From Octopus sinensis (taxonomy: Eukaryota), in assembly GCF_006345805.1 (NCBI RefSeq), contig NC_043000.1:90458001-90522000 (forward strand): a DNA stretch of 64,000 nucleotides, in the 5' to 3' direction. The notes under the pieces were generated by a model, which worked only from the letters and a program-made list of their open reading frames with translations, did no database searches and was not told the origin of the DNA. This document shows, piece after piece, positions 51,716 to 64,000 of this stretch (position 1 is its first letter; each line of letters begins with the position of its first letter). A program made the position numbers and the translations under genes.

Positions 51716-53915
51716 GCACACAAATATATCTTAAAAAGCTTATTTTAAAAAAATGTGGTTAAAAAATGGGTCTTCATGGTAAAAATCAGTACAAGATGGT
51801 AGTATTTCTTTGCTGGTTTAGGTTCTGAGTGATTTCAAGATGGAGGCCCCAAGTCATGCAACTACTTGAACAAATAATTAGTGAATTGAGTAGGTAACTA
51901 TGAGACTAGGGTCATATCTGCCTCTACTTTACTGTACCATTAAAGCAGTAAACAATTCAGAAAGTAGTGAAAAATTAGTCTGACTTCAGTCAGGAATTGA
52001 ACCACAAACATTCGGCACTTCGAAGTTGTTGTTAAGCAAGTATCAAATTCGGTTGTTTTTGTACCTGTGCCAACTCGAACGCTCTGTTATTAATTAGTCG
52101 TGACTAAATCCTTCAGTCTACACAGGGTTTCATTTTCAGATATGCTTCAGCCCTCGCATGCTTTCGCTTCTGCAGTGTTTGATATCAATTCCATTTTCAA
52201 CCCATCTGGAATATTTCATTATTTGTTTATTAAAAAGAAGCAAACAAAAGGAATAATACAAAAGGAAAAGAAGAAAAACAAAGAGCGACGAAATTTAAGA
52301 TTTTTCTTCTCTTTTATTTTCATCTCATTCCAGTATATAGTAACTTTATATTTATTTTTTTTTAATTATTTAACTTATTTCTCCTCTTTCTTTATAATAA
52401 GCCATTGTCTTCTTAAAAGTCCATTATCTGATAATAAACATGAAAAAAATATATATTTATATTCTTTTGTAAAATATTTCAATTTTTTTTCTGCGGCTAC
52501 AAAGGTCACCTAGATCATGAAATATTGTTTACAGTCAAATATAAGAAGATAGAAGAAAAATAATAAAAAAAAAGGGAAAAGAAAAGAAGGAAGGGAAACG
52601 AATAGGAAAATGGACGAAAAATGTAGGAATTTTGATGTTTTTGGTTATTTGTTCATTGTGTGTACCTTGATGCTTCCTGAATTTTAAAATAATAGTGAGC
52701 TTAAACAATGTTGTGTTAAATATTTATTGCACCCGACGGCTTGAGGATAGCAGAATCGGTTGGAAGACCGGAAAATATGCTATGCAGTGGTACGTTGTTA
52801 CTTACCTCCATGTTCTGAGTTCAAATCCCACGTAGAATGATTTCGACTTCTATCCTTCCGGGGATGGTAAAACAAGGATCAGTTTAGAACTGACGATGTT
52901 TATTTCAATAAACAATAACTTCTATCAAAATTTGCCTACATGTACCAATGTTCGAAATGAAATATTTATGGCTTAAATGTGAACAACTACTTTTCTGCTG
53001 CTTCTATGATTTGTGAAGCCTTCAGATTAACCCTGATGTATGAGACGTATGATTAAAGGCTTTCCAACTGTGACCACTCCGTTTTAATTATCGGTATGCT
53101 GAGTTCAACTTCCTTCAAAATTGACTTTACTTCAGGAAATAAATATCAGGTATGTAAGGGATTGGTTCAGTCACTCGACTTTTCCTCTTAAAATATGGCG
53201 GACACTGCTATTATTGTTCAACTACGGTAGTAGTTGAATAGTATACTTAAGGCCGCAATTTACTCACACGCAGCATTTTTCAGAGCTTGTTATTAATTCA
53301 GTCCTTAACCAAATTGAAAACTGTTAACATTTTTGAAGAGAGCTGGCTCTTAGCTATATTTTGGCTTAAAAAATTGAGATTTGATCCAGTAGAAAAAGTT
53401 TACAACAAATTTTGTAGTAACGTCGCAGGAGAGGAAGAGACACCACCAATCAAATTTAGATCTAAATAACTTGTTTATTTTAAAAGCAAAATATATTTAT
53501 CTTAGCTTCAATGAAGAAAGCATTAAAAATTTTATAGTTTAGGTCCCATGCAACAAAACTTTGTAGCAAAAACGTTGTGAGGTAAAATATGAAAAAAATA
53601 CAAGGTAAAAAATTGGGTTTAATTATAATTAACTTTTTCTATTTTAAAAACAAACTGTATTTTAATTAAGCTTAAATGATAGAGCTGGATTCAAGAAATT
53701 TCATGGTATCAATCTCATGCAATGAAGTTTTAAAAGAAAAAAAAGTTGAGTGCTTGTTTCTCAAATTTGAGGGTGATAGTATAGTTCTATAAAGGGACTT
53801 TTATATATGCCACCGGCGTCATTGAGGTAAGGAAAAAACTATCAGCGACACTGATAATTGACACATTTGACACATTATTAATTAGCATAATAGCATAGCC
53901 TGGGAAAAACATGGA

Positions 53916-54748
53916 TTACATGGAAAAATGCGAACAAGAGAAATAATATTCTTAACGTTATAAACCTAGAAAATTACAGGACAAGTTATTACATCTGGTA
54001 AAGTACAGAACAAGAAATCTTTTACTTAAAATATTGCAGCTGAGGATAAAATTTGAGTATTAAAAATTATTTGATTTTGATTTACAAAGTAACATAATTA
54101 AAAAAGGTTCCATCATTTTGTTAAAATATTGGCACACTAGAATACGTTAAAAAATGAGAGCCAGAAATACTAACGTAGCTAAAGTTTTAAGCAAAGTAGA
54201 ATAGTATATATGGTAGGCAAATTCATTATGTAAAAAAATAGGCATTGGCTCGAGACAAAAGATGTGAAGACTTGGCAATAACTCAAGCAAATTTTTCTGT
54301 GAATTTGTTGTTATAGGTAGATTTTACTGTAATATATAACTATTTTTTGTATTATTCTATTTATTGTACCAACTAATTAGGGACTACTATTATTTTCTAT
54401 AACCTATCTTCAAATTTCTGATTATTAATTAATAATTAAAAAAATGAATTTTGTTGAAGTGAAAAACACATTTTGACTTATTTTTTTTTATTTGAAATAA
54501 CAAATAGTAATAACAAATAGAAGTAATAACTTGTAATAAATTTTTTAGTTTTAATAAAAGCTAATATTTTCTAAATCTAAATATTTTATCCTTAGATGCA
54601 ATATTTTAAGTAAAAATTCTCTTGTTCTGTACTTTACCAGATGTAATAAATTGTCTTGAACTTTTTTAAGTGTAGTAACTTGTCCTGTAATTTTCCAGGT
54701 ATATAATGTTAAGAATAATATTTCTCTTGCTCGCATTTTCCCTTGTAG
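53916..54748. mobile_element. Non-autonomous DNA element / fold-back with ~150-bp TIRs
   Basis: GAAAAATGCGAACAAGAGAAATA..TTACATCTGGTAAAGTACAGAACAAGA (53920-54070) vs its reverse complement at 54560-54745. AT-rich non-coding interior. Confidence 0.8.
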
Positions 54749-55519
54749 TAACAAAAGATCATCGTCATCGTCATCATCATCATCAGTATAATAAAGGCGG
54801 AGAGCTTTATTATACTGATAGCGCGTCTCACAAAATTCTCAGCGACTCTTCACGCCATGAGTTCAAAACCTATCGAGGTCAGCTTTGACTGCCCTCATTT
54901 CGGGGTCGATAAAATATAGTGCCATCGAATGCTAGGGTTGATATATGTAGGGACATATTTCTTGTTTTTACTCTGTTTGGGGTACTTTAATATCCCAAAC
55001 AAACATTTGAATATGGCGATCGGTGCAGAATTCACTCATGATAAGCAAATGCATCTCTTAAATCAGATCGCTGCATCCCAACACAGCTGTGTTAATCAGA
55101 ATTTTAACAAAGAAAACGACAATACTTACGCTAATTTGAAAATAATGAGCAACTTTTCAGCATGAATCTTCTAACAAAGAAAAGGACGACGAGACAAATA
55201 CGTGACTAAGACAAATGATTCTCTACCCGACACTTTTACCAAATATCGAGAGAGTAGGAAAGTAACTTATTACTGCTTTTCAAACGAAAGAGAAAATTTT
55301 GAAATGCCATCAAAAGAGTATTTGAAGAAACCTTGGTGGATGTCTGAAACGATATAGTTTCTATCGACGATCGATCTTTTGTTTCATCTTCAAACTGGAA
55401 ATATTCAGCAGAATACGTTAGTCATTGGCATTGGCATATAACGCCGACTCTTGGCTTCTGGTCATTTTGTGAAACTGTTGAAGCAGATGGTGAGGGTCAA
55501 GGTATCCAAAAATTATATA

Positions 55520-55895
55520 GGTGCAGGAGTGGCTGTGTGGTAAGTAGATTGCTTACCAACCACATGATTTCGGGTTCAGTCCCACTGCGTGGCACCTTGG
55601 GCAAAGACTTGTGAGTGGATTTGGTAGACGGAAACTGAAAGAAGCCCGTCGTATATATGTACATATATGTAAGTATGTGTGTGTATTTATGTGTTTGTGT
55701 TTGTTCCCCCAACATCGCTTGACAACCGATGCTGGTGTGTTTACGTTCCCGTAACTTAGCAGTTCGGCAAAAGTGGCCGATAGAATAAGTACTAGGCTTA
55801 CGAAGAATAAGTCCTGGGGTCGATTTGCTCGACTAAAGGCGGTGCTCCAGCATGGCCACAGTCAAATGACTGAAACAAGTAAACGAGTAAAAGTG
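55520..55895 (+). mobile_element. Full-length SINE family B
   Basis: GGAGTGGCTGTGTGGTAAG..GGGTTCAGTCCCACTGCGTGGCACCTTGGGCAA..AAGGCGGTGCTCCAGCATGGCC. Confidence 0.9.
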
Positions 55896-56254
55896 AGAGT
55901 GTAAAGAGGTCAGGATGTGTCTATATAGATTATACAAGTCTGCATGACACTAAAAAATACCTTCTGATGCTGTGCTCGCTCCATCGTGAGCACAGAAAGA
56001 AAAGTCATGAGAACTATTGTGAAGGGCAGAAGACCTAGCTACAATACATGTATCAATAAAGACCACTTGAAAGCTTTCTGACCAGAGCATATAAAAGACA
56101 GAGAAGAGCAGAACAATAGGCACAGGAGCAACAATAACATATCATAGAAACTAATGTGAATTACTGGTAGCAGGTCTGAAAATTTGGTGTCTTTTACTTA
56201 TTCTATAAATAGTTATTTTCATATAAGAGTATAGATTAGTATTTCATTATAAGA

Positions 56255-56978
56255 AAGGGCGGTGGACTGAAAGAATCGTTAGCGCGTTGTGCAAAATACC
56301 TAGGTGCATTTCGTATAGCTCTTTACGTTCTGAGTTCAAATCCCATCGAAATTAACTTTCACCGTCTCCCATTCAGGATTGATAAAATAAAGTGCCAGTA
56401 ACGTACTGGGGTCAGTGTAACTGACTAACCACCTACCCCTAAAAAAACTGCTGGATTTATGTCAAGATTTGACATTATTAAAGTGGTGAAAGCGGTGGGT
56501 TGGCAAAATCGACAGCGTGGAAAAATTAACTTGTGATTTTTAGTTATGTCCTTTTATATTCTGATTTCAAATCCCATTGAAGCCGAGACTTTGATTTTCA
56601 TTGTTCCGGTTTGATTAAATAAAACATTAATCATGAGTTTTATCAATATGTGTTATATCTGTTTCTAAAAATGTAGCCTGATGACACTCGTAGACTGGAG
56701 CGATAAAGTATCGATCCAGATGTCTTTTATATTTAAATGTCGTTCCAGGTAACGAACCGTTTTATTTGAAAAGCATCTAAGGAAAATATGCATTACAATG
56801 GATATTGGTTTCAACTTTTGGCACAATGTTCGTGAGACGGGGTAAGTTGATTATCCGCCCCAAGAAGGATGAAAAACAAAGTCAACTTCGATGGAATTTG
56901 AACTCAGAACGTAAAGACTGACGAAATGCCGCTAAGCATTTTGCTCAGGCTGCTAATGATTCTGCTAGCTCGCCGCCT
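56255..56978. mobile_element. SINE-A copies (plus 56255-56470, minus 56805-56978)
   Basis: Core motif on opposite strands. Confidence 0.75.
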
Positions 56979-57778
56979 CTCTCATAAGAATGGATATTAA
57001 CAATTACTGAAACTTTTTCAGTAATAAGTACCGACTCCATTACTTCCTCTTGCGCCTCATCTTTATTGCCTTCTTTCTATTTCTCATCCTTCTTTGTCTA
57101 TCATTCTTTCTCTCTATGTTGTGTGTCTTGGATGTTTCTTTACTCATTGCCTACCACGAAGCCTAGTATGTGTATTCATCCTGCACCTATTATGTTAACT
57201 CTCTCGGTAGCTTTCTTTTAGTTTCTTTCTCCCTCCCTCCATCCTCTCTCTCTGTATATGATGTATAAAGGGCGACTGGAGAAATCAGCCAACTAGCCAG
57301 CCAACCAACCAACCGACCTGCATACATACAGGCTATTATTAAATGGAGATTTATCTGCCTTGACTTTCCAATAACAAATAATATGACTTTAAAATACACA
57401 TTCTGACATAGAATATTTTGACTCATTCTCATCTTCCAGCATCTTGTTGATTAATGCAGCAAAAACAGCGGGAGCAGCCATTTTGAAATACGGATTATGA
57501 AAGATTGGAAGTGACAATTTCAATAAACTGCTGTCTACTGGAAGACAAAGCAAAAATACATAAGAGACAGACAGTCTCTTCAAATATGAATAAAAATGTG
57601 CTAAATAGAAATAAAATTCGTTTATTGACTCTTATTTCTACAAGGAGATTCGTCTTTGTCCATCGTAGTGTAGGGAAAATTGATACGAGATGGAAGAAAG
57701 TCTCAAACACATTTACATGCGCACGGATTCACACACACACGCACTAATTTATGCATAAAGCAAATCAGAGATAATGAA

Positions 57779-57852
<74 letters not shown>

Positions 57853-57895
57853 ATCTATCTATCTATCTCTCTCTATATCTATATATGTATATGTA

Positions 57896-57978
<83 letters not shown>

Positions 57979-57980
57979 AT
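57779..57980. repeat. (TCTA)n microsatellite
   Basis: Direct reading. Confidence 0.95.
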
Positions 57981-58254
57981 AGACAGAAAAGGATGAAGGA
58001 GAAGGAAGAGAAGGAAGAATGAAGCAAGGAAGAGAGATGCAAGAGAAAGAAACCACATGTATTGCGGTACACAGCAGATATAGTTTGAATGTTATGCCCG
58101 AAAAATAGAGAAAATAGAGGAAGGTGGTGTATATGTATGTATGTGCTTATACATACATACATACATACATACATACATACACACATACATATGCATATAT
58201 GTACCAATCCATCCATTTATCCATACCTAAATGCACACTTATATTCATATATTC

Positions 58255-58466
58255 TTTTCTACTCTAGGCAGAAAGCCAGAAATTTTTGAGGAGGAGGCCA
58301 GTCGATTAGATCGACCCCAGTATGGAACTGGTACTTTAATTTATCGATCCCGGAAGGATGAAAGGCAAATCGACCTCAGCGGAATTTGAACTCAGAACAT
58401 AAAGACAGACGAAATACTACTAAGTATTTCGCCCGGTGTGCTAACGTTTCAGCCAGCTCGCGGCCG
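58255..58466 (-). mobile_element. SINE-A copy
   Basis: Core motif GGATGAAAGGCAAATCGACCTCAGCGGAATTTGAACTCAGAAC. Confidence 0.85.
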
Positions 58467-58783
58467 TTTGCGAAACGGGCGTAGTCCTATGGAAATCACG
58501 TGTTTGAATAAATACTGTATATTCACCTCTCACACCTCTTGAATGTATGGTTTTATATATACATCATATGATAGTTTTTTTTTATATAATAGTTAAAATT
58601 TTTTTTTGTAAATATAAAATTAACCAGTGTGGTTGGATTAAGCGTTGTTGCAAGGGCCATATGTTTGATAACCCTGTAACAGATAAAAAGCAACCTCCGA
58701 ACTGCTGCAAACAACGAACTTAGAAGCAGTGGAAATTAACTTAATGCACATGACTTAGAAAAACAAAACAAAAAGAAAGGAAG

Positions 58784-58824
<41 letters not shown>

Positions 58825-59459
58825 GAACTGCATTCCAAACTTTGTTTAAGTGCGAACTCACAAGTCAGGTACTGCGAGGTGAGAGCCGAAAAGAAGACAG
58901 AACGACATTTTATCTATTTGGACAATCGAATTCCTGCCTCTGTTCCATCTAATAATTCTTAGATACTACAGCGTCTTAAAATTGTATAAGATACAGAGAC
59001 TCCAGAGTGTTTGTAAAACGTTAGAGAGCGCTGGGAATGTCTAAATTATGACCATTCAATAAATTGTTGCTTGTCGGACGCTATTTACTCATATTTAACC
59101 AACAGCTACACATGAAGATGGGTCACACGAGAGCCACAAATCATTCCCTTTTAGCCGAGGAACCCCCTAGCATCGACTGTACTTTAAGAGGCGGCAACAT
59201 ATATGAATCAATGCAAAAGACTGCAGAAGAATTTTCTCCAAATTCAGTTGTGATTCCTTTGCCTCCAAATCGCTATTACGTTTAATGAGCTGTAAAGTGG
59301 CAAGGATCTAAATTTACTGTTATCCAAGGAATAACATGTGTAGTGGTAGACTTTTGGCAAGAGAGAGTTCGTTCTTAATTCACTCGTTGAAGCCGTAGCG
59401 GTTGTAGATCTTTTATCAACAACCCCGGAAACACAATAGGCTTCAGTAACAAACTACAG

Positions 59460-59676
59460 ATATATACACGTACATATGCACACACATAAATACACACACA
59501 AATGTGCAAATGCAAACATATAAGCATATATCATTCATATATACACACACATACATAGTTACATTCACAAATGTAAACACGCATGCGTAAATGCTTACAT
59601 ACATTATCTATATATTTACCTCTCTCTCTACAGACACACACACACACGTACATATATATATATATATTTATATATA

Positions 59677-59718
<42 letters not shown>

Positions 59719-59871
59719 GTGTATAACCATATATATATGTATATATATACACATATGTGTATAAATATATATATATGTATGCATACATACATACATACAT
59801 ACACGCACACACACATATATATATGTGCGTGTGTGTGTATATATATATATGCATATATATGTGTGTGTGTG

Positions 59872-59919
<48 letters not shown>

Positions 59920-60014
59920 AATATATGTATATATATATATACACACACATATATATATATATATATACACATACATACACTGATATACGTACATGTGTAT
60001 AGATTGCATATGTA

Positions 60015-60057
<43 letters not shown>

Positions 60058-60091
60058 GTGTGTGTGTGTATATACATATATATATATATAT

Positions 60092-60140
<49 letters not shown>

Positions 60141-60613
60141 CTGAATATATGTAAATGCATGCATATAAAACTATATATTCATATATATACATATACACAT
60201 ACCACACATAAGCACACAGCCAGCCATATACCCATACGTACGTACGTACATCCATATATACAAATGCATATCTGCTTCCCTCTGCCTCTGTACATGTGAG
60301 CTCGCGCTCGCGTATGCGTTTGTATATGTCTTGTTGCTCGAGTATATGTTTCTCATCGTTGCCTTATTTCTATTGTTCCCTGTATCTAGGCATCGATCGT
60401 TGTCAGTTAATGTGTTGTAGGGTTTGATTGATAGCTAGACACAGAGTGACAGTGAAATAGACAGACCTAAGAGACATACTCAAGTCATTGACGCTTTGCT
60501 GAGAACGTATTTTCTTAAGATGGACGTATTTTAGCAGTTGGATGGAGGGATGGTGGTGCAAAAACTGGTGTAGAGAGCAACGTATTATGAGCAGCTGTGA
60601 ATTCGTATGTTAC

Positions 60614-60648
<35 letters not shown>

Positions 60649-60739
60649 GTAAAGGTTGAGAGTTTCGTAAATACGTATATCCGTATATATATATCAATAC
60701 ATGCATGTGGTGTACACACACACGCGCGCGCATATATAT

Positions 60740-60780
<41 letters not shown>

Positions 60781-60902
60781 TGCATGTGTGTGTCTGTGTG
60801 TGTCGGTGTGAGTGTGTGTGTGCTATACGCTTACCGAGATGCCATTTAGGTTGATTGAATTCTGAGTATACAATTGTGAGACGATAGATCTGCGCTTGCG
60901 TC

Positions 60903-60957
<55 letters not shown>

Positions 60958-61085
60958 ATATATATATATTAAATTAGAGATAAAACCACTATTAGGCAAA
61001 TCAAACAATGAAAAACTTAAGCCAATACATAAAATTAATTAATTTATATTATTTTAAATATATATTAAAAGTTTAATAAAAGATA

Positions 61086-61141
<56 letters not shown>

Positions 61142-61170
61142 ATGTATGTATGTATATGTATGTATGTATG

Positions 61171-61203
<33 letters not shown>

Positions 61204-61328
61204 GTATATATGTATGTATGTATGTGAGTATATATATATATATATATAACGGGAAGCTTTATGAAAATAAACAAAAGACGAAGGCAGGTGGAAGACAAAC
61301 GAACAATTGTATTAGTATGGCGCTCAGG

Positions 61329-61366
<38 letters not shown>

Positions 61367-61376
61367 TATATATATA

Positions 61377-61415
<39 letters not shown>
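59460..61415. repeat. (TA)/(TG)/(TATG) microsatellite clusters
   Basis: Direct reading. Confidence 0.85.
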
Positions 61416-61416
<1 letters not shown>

Positions 61417-61718
61417 TGGAGGCGCAATGGCCCAGTGGTTAGGGCAGCGGAATCACAGTTGTAGAATCGCGGTTTCGATTCCTAGATCGGGCGTTGTGAG
61501 TGTTTATTGAGCGAAAACGCCTAAAGCTGTACGAGGCTCCGGCAGGGGGGAGTGGCGATCCTTGCTGTACTCTTTCGCCACAAATTTCCCTCACTCTTTC
61601 TTCTGTTGGCCTGTTCGCTTAGGCAGCGGGGTGGCGTCATTTGAAGGCTAAAACAACGCGAAGCGCATTGTGATCGGCGATGTGTAGCAACATCTGATAG
61701 CCTAGTTGGTCACGGTGT
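61417..61718 (+). mobile_element. SINE family C, alternative 3' tail
   Basis: Same head and body as 42128-42442 up to CTCACTCT, then a different tail. Confidence 0.85.
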
Positions 61719-61982
61719 TGGGGGGACAAATATAGGGTTAAAGAATAAAAAAAGTACTGGGGTCAACTTTACTGATTGAAACAAGTAAGACAATATGAAA
61801 GAGTATAATTTTTGAAATACTAATTACCTTGCCGTTCCGTTTTATCTTCAAGAGCTTCTGAGCGGTTTCTGCAATTTCTGTCTGTTTATTTTCCCTTATT
61901 ATTGAAGAGACCTGTTCAGAGAAATAAGTGATGGCGTCGTTTTCAGAACCATTCGATTACATAAATGAACTTCTCAATTATT

Positions 61983-62506
61983 TTGGGTTGTCCGGAAAGT
62001 TTGTGCCGATTTTTAAAGGAAAGAAAAAGGTCAATAAATACTTGCCATTACCCAAGATTTTCCAGGTGCTCATGAACGACGGATTTTGATAGGTTGAGGC
62101 TTTCTGCCAATTCGCAATGTGGGTTATTCTCAATTAATAACTTGATTTGGTTATCATCTGTAGTGGATGGTCTGCCTGATCGCTCTTTATCAATAAGGCT
62201 ACAATCTCCAGCTCGGAACCTTGCGAACCACTTCTGTACAGTTCTTCATCACTGTAAACCGCGCATGTTTTTTCGGTTGCTTGTGAGGCATTTTTCCCTT
62301 TACGGAAAAAGAAAAGCATCAAGTGCCGAAAATGAACTTTCTTATCTTCCAATTTAAAGTGTTAAAGAACTAACACGAAAAGATAGCTTAAACTGTGCTC
62401 TAAATGGAGTTGTAGTCAAATCCTATTTTATGAACTCAAACATGTTCTAAAATAAGTCGAAACGTAAAGCTACTATAAATCGGCACGAACTTTCCCGACA
62501 ACCCAA
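61983..62506 (-). mobile_element. Internally deleted mariner retaining the transposase N-terminus (same family as 9357-9922)
   Basis: Same TIRs; MEDKKVHFRHLMLFFFRKGKNASQATEKTCAVY. Confidence 0.92.
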
Positions 62507-62724
62507 TACATCAGGTTGCCGAAGCAAAAACTTCTTTTCTTTCGTTCATATTTTGTCGCCACCTGATGGATACGAACGGTGAAAGAGTTGGCTACTTTTT
62601 GGATTTAAACTCAAGAAAATAGGAAGAAGGCACATTTTATTATTTCTGTGAACAGTTTGCCATGAAAAGATTATTAACTGTTTATTTATTTTTTTTCATA
62701 AATTACGGCAACAGCAACATCAAG

Positions 62725-62890
62725 TGGAGGCGCAATGGCCCAGTGGTTAGGGCAGCGTACTCGATTCCCAGACCGGGCATTGTGAGTGTTTATTGAGCAA
62801 AAACACCTAAGCTCCACGAGGCTCCGGCGGGGGAGGGTGGTGAACCCCGCTGTACTCTTTCACCACAACTTTCCCTCTTTCTTCCTACTT
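62725..62890 (+). mobile_element. SINE family C with a deletion in the head
   Basis: TGGAGGCGCAATGGCCCAGTGGTTAGGGCAGCG..TCGATTCCCAGACCGGGC. Confidence 0.85.
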
Positions 62891-63176
62891 CTGTCACAAA
62901 GCAGAAGAACCATGATGTAACCCACTATGGTGTGGTAAACTTTCAGACCCTAGTCTAGATTGCGAATCCTCTGTACCCCAGGATGGTTCAGCTCTCCACC
63001 CGTTAAAAGCCACCGTTTACGGAATGAGGATAAAAACATAGCTTTCGCGCCCGTGTAACCGCAGGTCTATCGCGTGTGGTTGGTGGATCTTCAAGTTGCC
63101 ACACGCATTCTTAGTAGCTTAGTGTAGGCTCGAATTAGAGATTATTCTTTGTGGCTAATGGCGTGAGTCCTGATTG

Positions 63177-63400
63177 GAAGAAGAAGAAGAAGAAGAAGAA
63201 GAAGAAGAAGAAGAAGAAGAAGACATCAACATCATGATCTGCAGTGCGCTGTCATCGATGTCATCGTCGTCGTTGTCATTATCATCATGATCGTTATCAC
63301 CCTTATTGTCTTCGTTTTCGTGGTCATCATCATCATCATCATCATTGTCATCATTACCGTCGTCGTCGTCGTCGTCCTCATCACCAACACCACCACCACC

Positions 63401-63450
<50 letters not shown>

Positions 63451-64000
63451 TGTCATCGTTGTCGTCATCTCTTGGCTGTAAAGTCGAATAACGATTTTTT
63501 TTCAATAAAAACAAATGACAAAAACGTTAAAACTGCTACGAAGAAAAAAAACCCAAAGAAAAAAATATGTATATAAATAAACAGAAACCAAAAAGTAAAA
63601 GAGAAAAAAGAAAAAGAAAAAAGAAACAACAATGAAAAACAAATAAACGATAACAATCTTTTCCTCCTCCTTTCACCACCACAACACATTCTTACTCACC
63701 CACACCACCACCACCACCACCGAAAAAAACACCCCCCCTTACCGCCCCCCCCAAAAAACAAGGAACTGAAGCCAACTAACACACATAACAAATATTGGTC
63801 TTGAATGGAATGGAATAACTAATTCTCTGGTATGTTTATTGGTAAGACGCACCGTAACTGTTTGCTAATTAATACCACAATTGCTACCATTAGCAGCAGC
63901 AGAAACAGTAGTAGTAGTAGTAGTAATAGTAGCAATAGTAGTAGTAGTTGTAGTGGTGGTGGTAGTAATAGTAGTAGTTACTACTTCTAGTCGTAGTAAT
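63177..64000. repeat. (GAA)/(CAT)/(CAC)/(TAG) trinucleotide tracts
   Basis: Direct reading. Confidence 0.85.

Noticed and set aside
55318-55360. TTGAAGA...GAAACG hammerhead-like spacing
   Set aside because: Stem II pairs poorly and there is no valid UH/stem I.
57389-57490. CAAAATGGCTGCT start giving MAAPAVFAALINKMLEDENE on the minus strand
   Set aside because: Good start context, but it stops after 30 codons with no clear splice donor and no recognisable homology.
59531-60299. YI/CV/HT-rich ORFs up to 209 aa (and similar ones throughout the window)
   Set aside because: Dinucleotide and tetranucleotide repeats simply lack stop codons.

Overview
AT-rich, repeat-saturated animal genomic DNA with no intact host gene that I can support. 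The repeat spectrum (very dense tRNA-derived SINE families, (TA)n/(CATA)n/(TCTA)n/(GAT)n microsatellites, mariner, Penelope, CR1 and R4/Dong relics) is most consistent with a coleoid cephalopod such as Octopus; this is inference from recall, not a database match. Nearly all listed ORFs are microsatellite translations. Real coding relics are a rosa/DD41D-type Tc1/mariner (68-895), a full-length decayed mariner (2336-3583), deleted mariners and MITEs, a CR1-like RT (about 12520-13620), several R4/Dong-like REL-endonuclease LINE pieces, and a Penelope-like RT + GIY-YIG element (15467-16721). The most interesting signal is a set of minimal type-I hammerhead-ribozyme motifs in at least three unrelated repeat families. 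One is a head-to-head palindrome at 44738-45252 whose unit reads tRNA-like Pol III head + (AAT/AAC)n + hammerhead + tail, and both of its ends also flank the Penelope ORF at 15467/16721. Another is a U3:A8 core variant in a perfect hairpin at 49079-49192. There are also nested insertions, large fold-backs, Helitron ends, two promoter-like motif clusters and one 100-N gap. Repeat boundaries were read by eye and are approximate unless TIR/TSD positions are given.
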